DNA of 62,992 bases, filler included, from Octopus bimaculoides (GCF_001194135.2; 6 parts of 5 records of this genome joined end to end with filler, not necessarily neighbours in it); one strand, 5' to 3'; shown: positions 39,545-51,932, counted from the first letter of the whole stretch. The notes: a model not told the origin generated them from the letters alone. Translations and numbers: made by a program.

Positions 39545-40020
39545 ACCTGCAGACCTTCTGCTATAAGTGCCAACGCTTTAGCTTTTGAGTCCTTTTAAAT
39601 GGTGAAGATGGTACTTCTTTTGTCTTATCTATATTCTCAGCTTGTTCTTTTTCTAACAGCATCGGCATCTCGTTAGTTAAACTTTCCCTCTTAGACACCA
39701 GCAACTCAGTCACATCATCCTCTATGACTATTTCAAATCCTGCATCCATTGCAAGTGTTACATATCTTTTCGAATTTAATGTAGACTGTCTACTTGAGGA
39801 AAATTTGTAAACTCACGGATACAGTCTGATCATATATTTCTCTAAACACTATTCAAAGTTGAAGGATTCACTTCATCCCATGACTCGGCTATATCATCCA
39901 CTGCATCTCTTGCGTTGAATTTCTTCCAGAAACTCTAGGTTTATCCTTCTAGTCAATTTCTTTCATAATTTTTTTGAAAGGTTTTCTCATGTATCTTGAA
40001 CCATGGGCTGGGGTAAGCAC
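39545..40020 (-). mobile_element. Tigger/pogo-type transposase C-terminal remnant
   Basis: QPMVQD (from QPMDQG)...SFWKKFNARDAVDDIAESWDEVNPSTLNSV*RK...AMDAGFEIVIEDDVTELLVSKRESLTNE. A possible terminal region lies near 38990-39050 (cgctttacggaagtaatgcgttcc), uncertain. Confidence 0.8.
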
Positions 40021-40063
40021 GCTGTATTCTTTGGTTATATATATAATCATATAATCATATAAT

Positions 40064-40307
40064 CAGAGGGTTTGCAAATCCAATGGGGATCTTAAAAGAC
40101 ATGTTAGGATCCACAATGAGCAGAACTTACTTGCAGGTATTGGTAGTGCAAATCAGAGGTGCAATCTGTGTGGGTGTTTTTTTCAAAACCCTGTCTGGTT
40201 TAAAAAGCCACATCAGACGACATGAAAGGGCTAAGGTGTAGGTGCAGGAGGTGGTCAAACTTTGTTTAAGGAGTAGACAACCACCATATATATATATGCA
40301 TAATACT

Positions 40308-40362
<55 letters not shown>
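40064..40362 (+). mobile_element. RTE-type LINE extreme 3' end encoding two C2H2-like fingers, with (TA)n tail
   Basis: QRVCKSNGDLKRHVRIH-(15 aa)-CNLCGCFF[+1 T in T7]KTLSGLKSHIRRHERAKV*, then a short UTR ggtggtcaaactttgtttaaggagtagacaaccacc + (TA)n. Confidence 0.72.
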
Positions 40363-40366
<4 letters not shown>

Positions 40367-41054
40367 ATACATTTATGCGTATATGTATGTGTTCGTATTT
40401 GTGTGTGTTATTGTTTTCTCAATATGTCCGTCACTTTCGCCAACACAGTGCAGTTTGATTTGAAGGGGAATTGAAGTATCTCAGAATTCATTTCTGTGAT
40501 TGATTTCCCCGGCAATTTGACATTTTTGCTACAAATGACATATCACGATCTACGTGGGCGTTAATGCTATCCATATTGTTAAAATGCATGAGATTCTCTA
40601 GATAGAACAATCCATTGTATAGAAATATGTGCTTCTCAGCAAAATTTGGTGAAATACATGTGAAAACGACAGAAAAATTTATATTTGCCGTATCATTCCC
40701 AGCGTAAGAAAATCCAAGTAAGAATTATATAATCTACTGTGTTGTCAGTGTGACAGGGGTTAATTGTCTTAATACTTTGCAATCAAGACCATTGGCCGTT
40801 AACATTTGCAACACAGTTTCAATTACTTGTTGACGGTTTCTTGCATCAGTGACTCGCTTATGTCCTTGAGACACCAATGAAAAGTCATCTTCTATTATTC
40901 AAGTCCAGGTATGTTCTGCCTGTCCTATAGAAATGCATTGTGGTATAGCCAAAATGATCACTGAAGTCCTGCATCAGCGAAATGAATTCATTAGAAAGGC
41001 TTATGAGATCCCTGCCTCCTTCATCTACACTTAATCAGATATTTTGACCATAAC

Positions 41055-41060
41055 GATGAA

Positions 41061-41117
<57 letters not shown>

Positions 41118-41125
41118 AATTATGA
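41055..41125. repeat. (GAT)n microsatellite
   Basis: Direct reading; source of the poly-Met ORF. Confidence 0.96.
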
Positions 41126-41240
41126 TGATTAGGAGGAAGAGGATTCTTAATATCTTCCTCCATTTCATCATCATCAACAACAGAATTAACATAGTAACAA
41201 CAACAACAACGACAGCAGCATATACGCTTCCGAAACTAAC

Positions 41241-43481
41241 TCATGGTTAACAGAAGGTATCACCTTTCTTCTCTCCAAATCAGATGAGACACATATCCTA
41301 AAAAACTACCAGCCTATCACTAGTCAGTTCAATTCATAGAAATAGCTTCATCCATCATAACAGACCAAACAGACAAAAGCAATAATATATTTCTTCTTGA
41401 AGAGAAGGACTGCAAATGAGGGTCATATAGATGCAAAGCTCAACTTGTCATCAACAGAATGATACTTGAAAACTATCACGATAGGAAATCAAACCCAAGG
41501 ACTGCATGGATAGTCTATAAAAAGGCCTTTGATAGTGTACCTCACTCTTGGCTTACATGGACATTAGAAATAGTGTCTCGCCTGTAACAACGAAGTTTCT
41601 GGTGCACAACATTGGTCTACAGAACGCAATGCTTCTGAATAACCGCTGTAAAAACATAGGTAAATCAAACTACATAAAACTAACCATTTTATTTTTCAAG
41701 GGGTTTTCTTTTACTCATTTCCACTATATATGTTTTATTCCCTTACCTTTTGAGCTCAGATCTGACAATTTATATATAATACACCAAACATGAAAATATA
41801 TTATCTTCTTTAGTTGTGCGACTTAAAATTACATAGTAAAAATGAAAGTGAGCTAGAAAATAATTGAGAAAGGTAGGCTTAACCGCACATCATCCGTTGA
41901 CCTTCGCATATCAACCATCGTTAGGGTGCTTGAATAAGAGGAAACATATAAGTATCTTAGTGTTAACAAAAGAGGTAGAAACCATCACTCTCAGATGAAA
42001 GAAAAGATTTTTAAAAGAGCATCAAAGAAGTAAAAAACATTCTTAAAACAGAACCTAACTCACAACAAAATGGGTTTAAAGTAATGAAGAGTCCAGTGAT
42101 GCAAGTTGCTTAACTTAGCTTTAATATAATAAATAAGACTCGAAGGTACCAAAACCTGAAAATTCCTCACATCACAAAATGCATCACCCTAAGACTCATA
42201 TTGAACACCCTTACCTCCTGAAGGTGGTAGAAATCTCTTTTCACTTGAATTTTATTTAGAACAACTATCACCGGTCTAAATGTATACTTTGATACTACAA
42301 CTGGAATTCAGGTAAAAAAAAAGTCACAGGGAAAAAAGTCACTGGAAAAAAAGTAATAGTAATAAAGTCACAGGGGTTTTGTTAGGATCCCATAAAATAA
42401 TTGACTTTTTCCTGCGACTTTATTACTGGCCGTCATAAATTAATGGTGATATTTTACCTGTGATTTTTCCTAGAAAAATTCGTGACTTTATTACTGTGAC
42501 TTTTTTTCCTGTGACTTTATACCAGTCACCAACGATGACTGGATGATGGTCTTGGTTATAAAATGCATTAAAGTAGAAAGTCTAAGTACTCTGTGCCAAA
42601 AGAGGTTAATAAACTTAAACACAAACTCAGTTTAGAAAATATGGACACGAAGACCAGAGAAATCTCAGCAACACAAGCTGTAAATATAAGTTATAATAAA
42701 ATAAAGTAAAACAGAAGGGCTTGGAACGAGCAAAACAATGCTGGTAAAATAAACACTCGGTCAATAGTTGTAGCATGCAACAATAAAGCTGTTGTTGACA
42801 AATTCCTCACCCATCACTGGTTGCAAACTGCTGATTTAAAGACAGAAAAAGGAAGATTTATAGTCGCAGCCCAACGCCAATCCTCGTCTAACTGCAATTA
42901 CAATGTAAATATTACTTTGGAACGTAACAGACTCAAAGTATAGGCTATTTAGCGTTCAGGTAGATACGATTAGTTACTTTGTTTCTGGATGTTCTTTAAT
43001 GGCTAATAAATGTAAGAACAAATATGAACAAATCGGGCAATATTTACACAAGAGTATTTGAAAAGACTATAGGAAAGAAACGTCTATGAACTGGTATGAA
43101 TGAGCATCATCCTTAACCAGTCATTCAAATTGACCGTATCACCATTCTCCGAGATTTTACAATTCATAACGACAGGATCATCAAGTAAATCGCCCAAGTA
43201 TTTCAGCATAAAATGAAATGGATGAAATTTAGCTTCTGATTGACATCTATGTCACATTAATAAAAACTTAAACTACAAAGATACGAAGGCTTGAGTATGG
43301 AGATTAAGTAGAGCAGATGAAAACCACTAACGATACCTGTTATCATCGGAGCTCTAGTGGAAATAAAGAATAGAAATGGGGAATTCATGGATATGATACC
43401 AGTAAAACCATGTTTTAAAAAACGAATAAGTAACCATAGTAGGGTACTGTACATATTTTACGTAGAGTACTATCACCGTAA
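41241..43481 (+). mobile_element. Old, heavily decayed Dong/R4 LINE (RT through RLE), interrupted by a MITE
   Basis: SWLTEGITFLLSKSDETHILKNYQPIT; AWIVYKKAFDSVPHSW; ETYKYL; TITGLNVYFDTT/DDWMMVLV; WLQTADLKTE; IPVIIGAL; GTVHILRRVLSP*. Confidence 0.88.
42300..42530. mobile_element. Foldback-type MITE built from repeated AAAGTCAC(AGG) / (CCT)GTGACTTT units
   Basis: About 4 forward units at 42315-42372 and about 6 reverse units at 42400-42520. It interrupts the Dong ORF between ..DTT and DDWM... Confidence 0.78.
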
Positions 43482-45300
43482 GATGCATTTTTTTTATTAT
43501 TGTGAACTCATACACACAATTTTTATTTTACTTTCATTTCTTTATGTTTTTGCAGTCGTACCACTTCAGCAATACAATCACCCATTGCATTAAGACCGTC
43601 ATTTCCATTATGTACCAGAGTTTTCTCGGTGGTGTCAGGCAGATAGTGTGTAAATAGGGTAGAGATCAAATAAAACGATATATTTTACTTCATAACAATC
43701 ATTAAGAGATACACTAAACTACATAATAAAAGGGACGAAATGCAAAACTGGTGACTATTAAATTATTTTCTACATTATAACTAAAAGAAATTAGGAATAG
43801 TCACAAAGATTTGAACCCCGAAAATAGAAATTATTAATAGTAAAGTATAAGATTACGTAGCAAGCTAGTTCATAACTCAAGCAATTAATTCGTGTTTTAT
43901 CGATCCCTTGAAGCATATTCCGAAGCAAAATAGAATAAAAACATAATTTATCTCCATTAAATCTGTTAAAGTAATCCGTTTATGGTCAATAGTTAAGAAC
44001 AGGATTTCATTATCACACGTTGAAATTTATCTACCAAAGTGGAAACACCGCTTCAGCGACTAATCATATGCTAAGATATCACATAGTTTCTCGCTTAATC
44101 AGTTCACACCTTGCATTAACAGATCCTTTCAATCACATATGTGAAAGATACCACAGCTGTGACTGGCGATGGAGTTAGTAATCAGGAAATGTTCGTTAAT
44201 AGCAGGATTCATGTTTTCTTAATACCCACCACTTCTGTTAACACTGACATCAGCGTTCCGTAAAAGTCAAAAGAACGAATATATATATGGTCTCACATAC
44301 ACAGGCATACACGCACACACACAAACACACACACCCACGTATACACACATATACAAACATACATATTACATATATATATATATATGTGCATATACATACA
44401 TATATATATATACACACATATATATATATGTGTATATGTATATATAGATATATATATATATATAACGGGATATGTTAATGTGAGAGTTTATAAATATATC
44501 TATACAAATGTGTGTGTATGTATGTATATACATACATATATATTATATATAAATATGTATAAATAGATAGATAGATAAATAGATAGATAGATAGCTAGAT
44601 AGATAGATAGATNNNNNNNNNNNNNNNNNNNNNNNNNNNNNNNNNNNNNNNNNNNNNNNNNNNNNNNNNNNNNNNNNNNNNNNNNNNNNNNNNNNNNNNN
44701 NNNNNNNNNNNNNNNNNNNNNNNNNNNNNNNNNNNNNNNNNNNNNNNNNNNNNNNNNNNNNNNNNNNNNNNNNNNNNNNNNNNNNNNNNNNNNNNNNNNN
44801 NNNNNNNNNNNNNNNNNNNNNNNNNNNNNNNNNNNNNNNNNNNNNNNNNNNNNNNNNNNNNNNNNNNNNNNNNNNNNNNNNNNNNNNNNNNNNNNNNNNN
44901 NNNNNNNNNNNNNNNNNNNNNNNNNNNNNNNNNNNNNNNNNNNNNNNNNNNNNNNNNNNNNNNNNNNNNNNNNNNNNNNNNNNNNNNNNNNNNNNNNNNN
45001 NNNNNNNNNNNNNNNNNNNNNNNNNNNNNNNNNNNNNNNNNNNNNNNNNNNNNNNNNNNNNNNNNNNNNNNNNNNNNNNNNNNNNNNNNNNNNNNNNNNN
45101 NNNNNNNNNNNNNNNNNNNNNNNNNNNNNNNNNNNNNNNNNNNNNNNNNNNNNNNNNNNNNNNNNNNNNNNNNNNNNNNNNNNNNNNNNNNNNNNNNNNN
45201 NNNNNNNNNNNNNNNNNNNNNNNNNNNNNNNNNNNNNNNNNNNNNNNNNNNNNNNNNNNNNNNNNNNNNNNNNNNNNNNNTGAATATTTGTGTGTATATA

Positions 45301-45676
45301 GGTGCAGGAGTGGCTGTGTGGTAAGTAGCTTGCCTACCAACCACATGGCACCTTGGGCAAGTGTCTTCAGGTATAACCTCGGACCGACGAAAGCCTTGTG
45401 AGTGGATTTGGTAGACAGAAATTGAAGGAAGCCCGTCATGTGTGTGTGTGTCTGTGTGTGCGTTTGTATGTTTGTGTGTCTGTGTTTGTTCCCCCACCAT
45501 CGCTTCAAAACCGATGCTGGTGTGTTTATGTTCCTGTAACTTAGTGGATCAGCAAACGAAACCAATGAAATAAGTACTAGGCTTACAAAGAATAAGTTCT
45601 GGAGTTGATTTGTTAGACTAAAGACGGTGCTACAGTATTGCCCCAGTCAAATAACTAAACAAGTAAAAGAGTAAAC
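45301..45676 (+). mobile_element. SINE family A
   Basis: ggtgcaggagtggctgtgtggtaagtagcttgcctaccaaccacatgg...gccttgtgagtggatttggtagac...gatgctggtgtgtttatg...cagtcaaataactaaacaagtaaaagag. Confidence 0.9.
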
Positions 45677-45748
45677 GACTAAAAGGAAAATATATGAATA
45701 TGTGTGTATGTAATTTTTACAAAAATACATGTATGTATACACACACAT

Positions 45749-45792
<44 letters not shown>

Positions 45793-46221
45793 NNNNNNNN
45801 NNNNNNNNNNNNNNNNNNNNNNNNNNNNNNNNNNNNTTAATTAATTAANNNNNNNNNNNNNNNNNNNNNNNNNNNNNNNNNNNNNNNNNNNNTATGCCCT
45901 AACTCTTCGAAACGCTTAGTTTAGAATAGGGGCAGCTGATGAAGGAAATATTCTCTATGTGGCCTGTTTGTTTTCTGTGCTCTGTTTATGTTGTTTTTCA
46001 TTTTGTCCACGTTTTTTTTTTTTGTGACGTCCTGTACCCAGATATGCATCTATATATACATGTAGATGTATGTACATACATGTACGTATATATGCATATA
46101 CTCACATATCATTTGTATTACTTATATATATATATGTATGTATGTATGTTTGTATGTATGTATACTTCTGTGTATTCATATATTTATAACACACATACAC
46201 TGTTTTGAGTTTTAAAAAAAA

Positions 46222-46395
46222 ACTTTTTCCAGTCATTGGACTGCGGTCATGCAAGAGTTTTAGTCAAACACATCGACCTTACTATTTTTTTTTTTTTTAA
46301 GCCTGGTACTTTATCTTTCACTGAACAGTTACGTTACGGGGCTGTAAACAAAACAATACAGATTGTGAAACGGTAGTGAGGGGCAAACACACATA
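46222..46395 (-). mobile_element. SINE family A, degenerate 3' part
   Basis: cagtcattggactgcggtcatgc...tagtcaaacacatcgacc...ggtactttatc...ttacggggctgtaaac...gggcaaacacac. Confidence 0.75.
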
Positions 46396-46409
46396 CACAA
46401 TATTGGCAC

Positions 46410-47590
46410 GATTCAAGTGTGTCACAGTGACATCGTTTCCCCATAATTTCCAGGAAAATGAATATTTTAAAATGAAATTTTCTACAAACACGTTTCAGAT
46501 GCTGTAGATTCCAACAANNNNNNNNNNNNNNNNNNNNNNNNNNNNNNNNNNNNNNNNNNNNNNNNNNNNNNNNNNNNNNNNNNNNNNNNNNNNNNNNNNN
46601 NNNNNNNNNNNNNNNNNNNNNNNNNNNNNNNNNNNNNNNNNNNNNNNNNNNNNNNNNNNNNNNNNNNNNNNNNNNNNNNNNNNNNNNNNNNNNNNNNNNN
46701 NNNNNNNNNNNNNNNNNNNNNNNNNNNNNNNNNNNNNNNNNNNNNNNNNNNNNNNNNNNNNNNNNNNNNNNNNNNNNNNNNNNNNNNNNNNNNNNNNNNN
46801 NNNNNNNNNNNNNNNNNNNNNNNNNNNNNNNNNNNNNNNNNNNNNNNNNNNNNNNNNNNNNNNNNNNNNNNNNNNNNNNNNNNNNNNNNNNNNNNNNNNN
46901 NNNNNNNNNNNNNNNNNNNNNNNNNNNNNNNNNNNNNNNNNNNNNNNNNNNNNNNNNNNNNNNNNNNNNNNNNNNNNNNNNNNNNNNNNNNNNNNNNNNN
47001 NNNNNNNNNNNNNNNNNNNNNNNNNNNNNNNNNNNNNNNNNNNNNNNNNNNNNNNNNNNNNNNNNNNNNNNNNNNNNNNNNNNNNNNNNNNNNNNNNNNN
47101 NNNNNNNNNNNNNNNNNNNNNNNNNNNNNNNNNNNNNNNNNNNNNNNNNNNNNNNNNNNNNNNNNNNNNNNNNNNNNNNNAAGGCTTTGGTCGGCGCGAG
47201 GTTATATAAGATTCCTACCCAAGGTGCCACGCAGTGGAACTGAACTAGAAACCATGGCGTTGGGAAACAAGCTTCTTACCACACAGCCACGCTGTGATAT
47301 ATATATATATCATTCCAATATAATCGTAATCTACATATTCTGGAAAGCATTTATAGAAAATTTCGTTAAAAAATACCCATTTTTCTGAAAGTTATGAGGA
47401 AACAAAGCCGACCCGTGTGAATTTTCCGAAACTCCTCTTTACATCCCCAATTTTTTTTTTTTTTTTTTAACCCAGCTAATTCCAATATAATCGAAATCTA
47501 CAGCATCTGCAGTATGTCTGTAGGAAATTTCATTTAAAAGTATCTATTATTCTGGAAGTAACGAGGAAACAAATTTTGGGGTACACTTGT
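46410..47590. mobile_element. Non-autonomous DNA element with ~100-bp inverted arms and an extra internal arm copy
   Basis: 46415-46515 (gtttccccataatttccaggaaaatgaatattttaaaatgaaattttctacaaacacgtttcagatgctgtagatt) is the reverse complement of 47482-47590 (aatctacagcatctgcagtatgtctgtaggaaatttcatttaaaagtatctattattctggaagtaacgaggaaac). A second direct copy lies at ~47313-47415. Confidence 0.65.
47181..47292 (-). mobile_element. SINE family A, 5' head
   Basis: aaggctttggtcggc...aaggtgccacgcagtggaactgaac...ttgggaaacaagcttcttaccacacagccacgc. Confidence 0.88.
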
Positions 47591-49354
47591 GTAGGTATGC
47601 CTATATGATTTTTTAATTTTTTTTATTTAAGAGTTTACACAACATTCGTTTCGACGACAAATGTTTTACTAAACCTTTCAATAATGATATCATTTTGGTC
47701 TGGTTGTATGAATATTCGATTTTTTCAACTGGAAGTGTTGATGAAAAATGTACATGGTATGAGGATGTAAATAAAAATGCCAAAGTTACAAGAAAATTAT
47801 ATTTTGTTGGGTCTTGGGAGGGTCATTATGTCAATAATAATAATAAACACAGGCACTGGTTCAGCATCACTTCTTTATCGCTAGTCAATCGGTTACACAT
47901 CTAACCAACTAACGAATGGGCTGTTTGTTAATGTGTTGGTTAAACAAACGGTCGATCAGCTACTTGGTTAGACATTTAACTGACTGACTAACAATAAAGA
48001 AGTATTGAACGAATGCTTGTTTATTATTATTGGCATAATGACCTTCTCAAGACAAAAGGTTTGTTTCAATACGAGTTCACAGAAAAAATCTTGCAAACCA
48101 AATACAATAACGAAATAAGAAAATTATATTTGTTACTCCTCAAATATCATGTAGCTTTGATTACACTGTGTAATATGACTTTTGTCTTTGGGTAGTAACT
48201 GTTACTTCCTGTTTGCTAACCCATAGAAAGTATGGAAAATTACTAATATTTCCTTCAAACCTTGCTTTTATTTATTATTTTATTTTATTATTATTCAAAC
48301 TTTGCTTATTCAACTCCCAAAGAATCCCTCTCAATACATGGCTACATATTGTTAGTGACTAAGCGAAATGCTCAAGTGGTTAAGATTAAGAAACTAACAA
48401 GCAAATTTGTGGCACTGAGCTAAATATTTGCTATAACGATATTTCTGCTTCAGTAACTCAGCACTGAATCTGTCTGAAATGCAATGGAAAATAGGTCAGT
48501 TTCAAAACATTGATGTCCAGGTCAAAAAAGCAAAGTACGAAGGGAATAGTAGTCATTTCCTTTGATTTCTAGATAGAAGCAAATAGGAAATAAAATTTAC
48601 TGGCCAAAGGCAAGAAAAAACTAAAAATCTGTTAGTGTTACTGTTAATACAGTAATACTGTTAATACAGTAATACTGTTAATATATGTTGTGGTCAATGA
48701 TTTACTCGTTATTCTATATTGTTATTTTCTTCAACAGATTATCTGTCTAAATTCACAAGTCGAGGGATGCCCTACGCGGTCGCTCGGCGTGCTGAATAGA
48801 AATTCATGAAAAAGACATTGTATGACACTAAATACTAGATATCCGTGGGGGAGGGTGAAAAGACGGTAACGTCACGGCTGGAATGGCTAGAACATATGTC
48901 TGCTTGACCGGCGCTGACCTGGGGTTAAACAACAATCTATTGTGGTTATTACAAAGACAAACGTAGACTAAATTGGCGGAGATAAAGAATACGCACACCA
49001 CCCGTTTTCGGCGTAACCCTAACCCCATAAACACCGGGTGTATGTATTTTTTACCTTCTCCGACTAAATGGCAATGTCCGAGAACAGCCAACACCTTACA
49101 ACAACCTCAGAGGAAAAAAATAAATAAATAAATAAATAAATAAATAAAACGGCTAGACAGAGTTGATTTCGGTTTATACAGAACTCCGCGAGTCAGAGAA
49201 CTGTTCCAGCGCATCTCTCTCGCTATCCCAGGAATTTTTCGAAGGGAGGGCACGAGGTCACAAGGGAATACAATTCCAGGAGAAAAGGACGTAACAACAT
49301 TATTTAGAACAGCGTACTTCTTTTCAGTACCCGCCTTCCGGCCCACGAAATTTT

Positions 49355-49832
49355 TTTCCCACGAGAGTTCCAGACCCGTTATGAACTCAGTTGCATACAG
49401 CCAATCAGAGCTCAACTATCAAACTAACTCATGAACGCATAACAAGTGATGGGCGATAAGATAAGGTCATTTGGGTAAGGAATGACCATGCTTGTTGTTC
49501 TTGTTAGAACCATGGCTGCCTCTGCATAGTTATTTGTGCTGTTTACTTTGTAAAGCACTAAGTGGAGAGGGTTACTAGCACATCACCCTCTACCCACATT
49601 TTTCCCATCCACATCTTTACCATATGGGGCCCTAACAAAATCCGATAATAGGTATACATACAAATCTATCTAATTATTTGTCTCCTTCTAAAATCAGGCA
49701 CAACTTTGTGATCGGTCGACTTACAACACTGTTCTTCGTCTTCAGTTTACTTGAGACAACAAGGTCAACGTGAGCTCCCATTGGCTGTATGCAAATGAGT
49801 TCATTACTGGGGTTCGGAACTCTCGTGGGAAA
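49355..49832. mobile_element. ~480-bp element bounded by ~60-bp inverted repeats (putative MITE)
   Basis: 49355-49414 tttcccacgagagttccagacccgttatgaactcagttgcatacagccaatcagagctca vs reverse complement of 49771-49832 tttcccacgagagttccgaaccccagtaatgaactcatttgcatacagccaatgggagctca. Confidence 0.75.
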
Positions 49833-50066
49833 GAGTCCATTTGTTCTGCTGATGCCATGAGAAATGTTTCTATACTGCGAGTGAATGACCTAGACATGTA
49901 AAGGACGCAGTTTACTGTTACAGTAAACTTCGACTACTACAGTCCCTATATCTACATAACAATAATCGCATCCAGACGCAAAGATACTGACACAAAAAAT
50001 CAGAGTTTATACAGAACATCTAACTCATTGCTATTTTCCATAGAACAAATGAAGCGATTTCCATAT

Positions 50067-50350
50067 GGGCGTAGATGTGGCTGTGTGGTAAGACGTTTGT
50101 TTTCCAACCACGTGGTTCCGGGTTCAGCACCACAGTATGACAACGTGGGCAAGTGTCTTCTACTGAAACCCTGGGCTGACCAAAGCCTTGTGAAAGAATA
50201 TTGCTAGATGGAAACTGAAAAGAAGCTCGTCGTATATAACACGTGCGCACATTTGTGTACGTGTGTTTGACCTCCACCCTACCGCTTGGCAACCGGTTCG
50301 GAAAAAGTGACTGATAGAATAAGTAATAAGTACCAGACTTTAAAATAAAA
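50067..50350 (+). mobile_element. SINE family A (diverged)
   Basis: gatgtggctgtgtggtaagacgtttgttttccaaccacgtggttccgggttcagc...gctgaccaaagccttgtga...gatagaataagta...accag. Confidence 0.85.
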
Positions 50351-50479
50351 TGCGTGTGTGTGTGTTCTATGTTAAACAAAGAAATGGTGTCCAGTGGAAA
50401 TTCTGTAAATAGTAATTATAAACTTAAAGCTTATAATCATTATTATTATTTACACAATATATTTATATACAGATACACA

Positions 50480-50760
50480 TATATTTGTTTGGTTAAGAAC
50501 CTCGTTTTGCTACCATTTGGTTTCGGGCACCTTGGACAAGTATCTTCTCATATAGACCCAAGGTCAACTCATGCCTTGTGAATGAATTTGGTAGATGGAA
50601 ACTGAGCGGAAGCTGCCATACATTCGTACGTGCTCATGCTTGTCCACCACACCGCTCAACAGTTTGTGTTGGTGTGTTTACTTCACAGCAAGTAGTACCG
50701 TTTTGTTGTCATTGTTAAAGCGTAGCACAAATTACGCGGTGAGTAAATCGCTGGGCCCCC
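50480..50760 (+). mobile_element. SINE family A (highly diverged)
   Basis: ggttaagaac...ggcaccttggacaagtatcttc...gccttgtgaatgaatttggtagatggaaactga...tggtgtgtttacttc. Confidence 0.65.
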
Positions 50761-50782
50761 GTAGCCAAATCAAAACTCACTA

Positions 50783-50918
50783 AAAAGCAGAATCGTTAGA
50801 GCATCGGCAAAAAGGGCCATTTGTTCTAGTACTTTGCGTTCAAAATTCAAATCATGTCGAGTTCAGCCTTCATATTTTTTGGAGCTCGATCAAGTTCCAG
50901 TCATATATTATTATTATT
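50783..50918 (+). mobile_element. SINE family B (diverged, partial)
   Basis: gcagaatcgttagagcatcggcaaaa...gttcaaaattcaaatcatgtcgagttcagccttcat...gctcgat + (ATT)n. Confidence 0.6.
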
Positions 50919-51605
50919 AGCTACTCCTACTCCTCTCAAAATTCCTGGTTTTGTGTTAAAATCAGAAACCATCTCATCATTAGTACAGCTGAAAATTCCT
51001 TGTCCTGAGTCCCTGAACCGGAAGTGTTACAGATTTCGGATAAAAGGTTTTCAACTGCAGTTGGCAGAGTCAACTAAGAATAGGGTTTACTGTCTTGCAG
51101 GGTTTAGTTACTTCCCTTTACGTTCTAATTTCAAATATTAGTTACCAATCTTCTATTTCATCATTCTAAGACCGATAATAGTTACCAGATTGTTTAGCCC
51201 TAGGTCAGCCATGACCAAATGCATTCTATATTCTAACCCTAACAAGTCTGTTTTTTATTCAGATACTATATATTAACGCTTAAGTTTTCTGTTATCAAAA
51301 GGATTCTTTTTTTTAAATGAGTTGTGATCCGATAGTAATTTCGCTGCTATTTCTAACAAGTTGATTGACCACGTAGACGTTTCTCCTTGATTGGCTCGAT
51401 AAATATTAGTCAAGAATTAGGATCGATTTATTCCTCTGTGCACCCTCCGACAAACTATGCGGCCTTGTGCCTCTGCTGAAAATCAATAAATAAAATGGCA
51501 GTGAGCAGCAGAAACGATAGTCTTGCAGTATTTAGTCGTTTAATCCCAGGTCAACCTATATCAAGTAGACCTATGATCAAAAACATTCTAGCTATGACCA
51601 TCATG

Positions 51606-51890
51606 TCTTCTTCCCAGTCAATAGACTGCGGCCATCTACCGGTCTTCTTTGCCGAATCGCTAAGTTATGGGGACGTAAACAAATTAACACCGGTTGTCAA
51701 GCGGTGATGAGGAACAAACACATACATATTTACGATGGGCTTCTTTCAGTTTCCCTCTACCAAAGCCACTCACAAGGCTTTGGTCGGCCCGGGGGCTATG
51801 TTAATGACATTTACAGACGGTACCACGCACTTAGACTTAACTCGGAACCATGTGGTTGGGAAGCAATCTTCTAACCACACATCCACGCCA
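51606..51890 (-). mobile_element. SINE family A
   Basis: ccagtcaatagactgcggcc...gccgaatcgctaagttatggggacgtaaac...gggcttctttcagtttcc...cactcacaaggctttggtcggccc...aaccatgtggttgggaagc. Confidence 0.88.

Positions 51891-51932
<42 letters not shown>

Noticed and set aside
49010-49026. taaccctaaccc telomere-like motif
   Set aside because: Only two units; common by chance or inside interspersed repeats.
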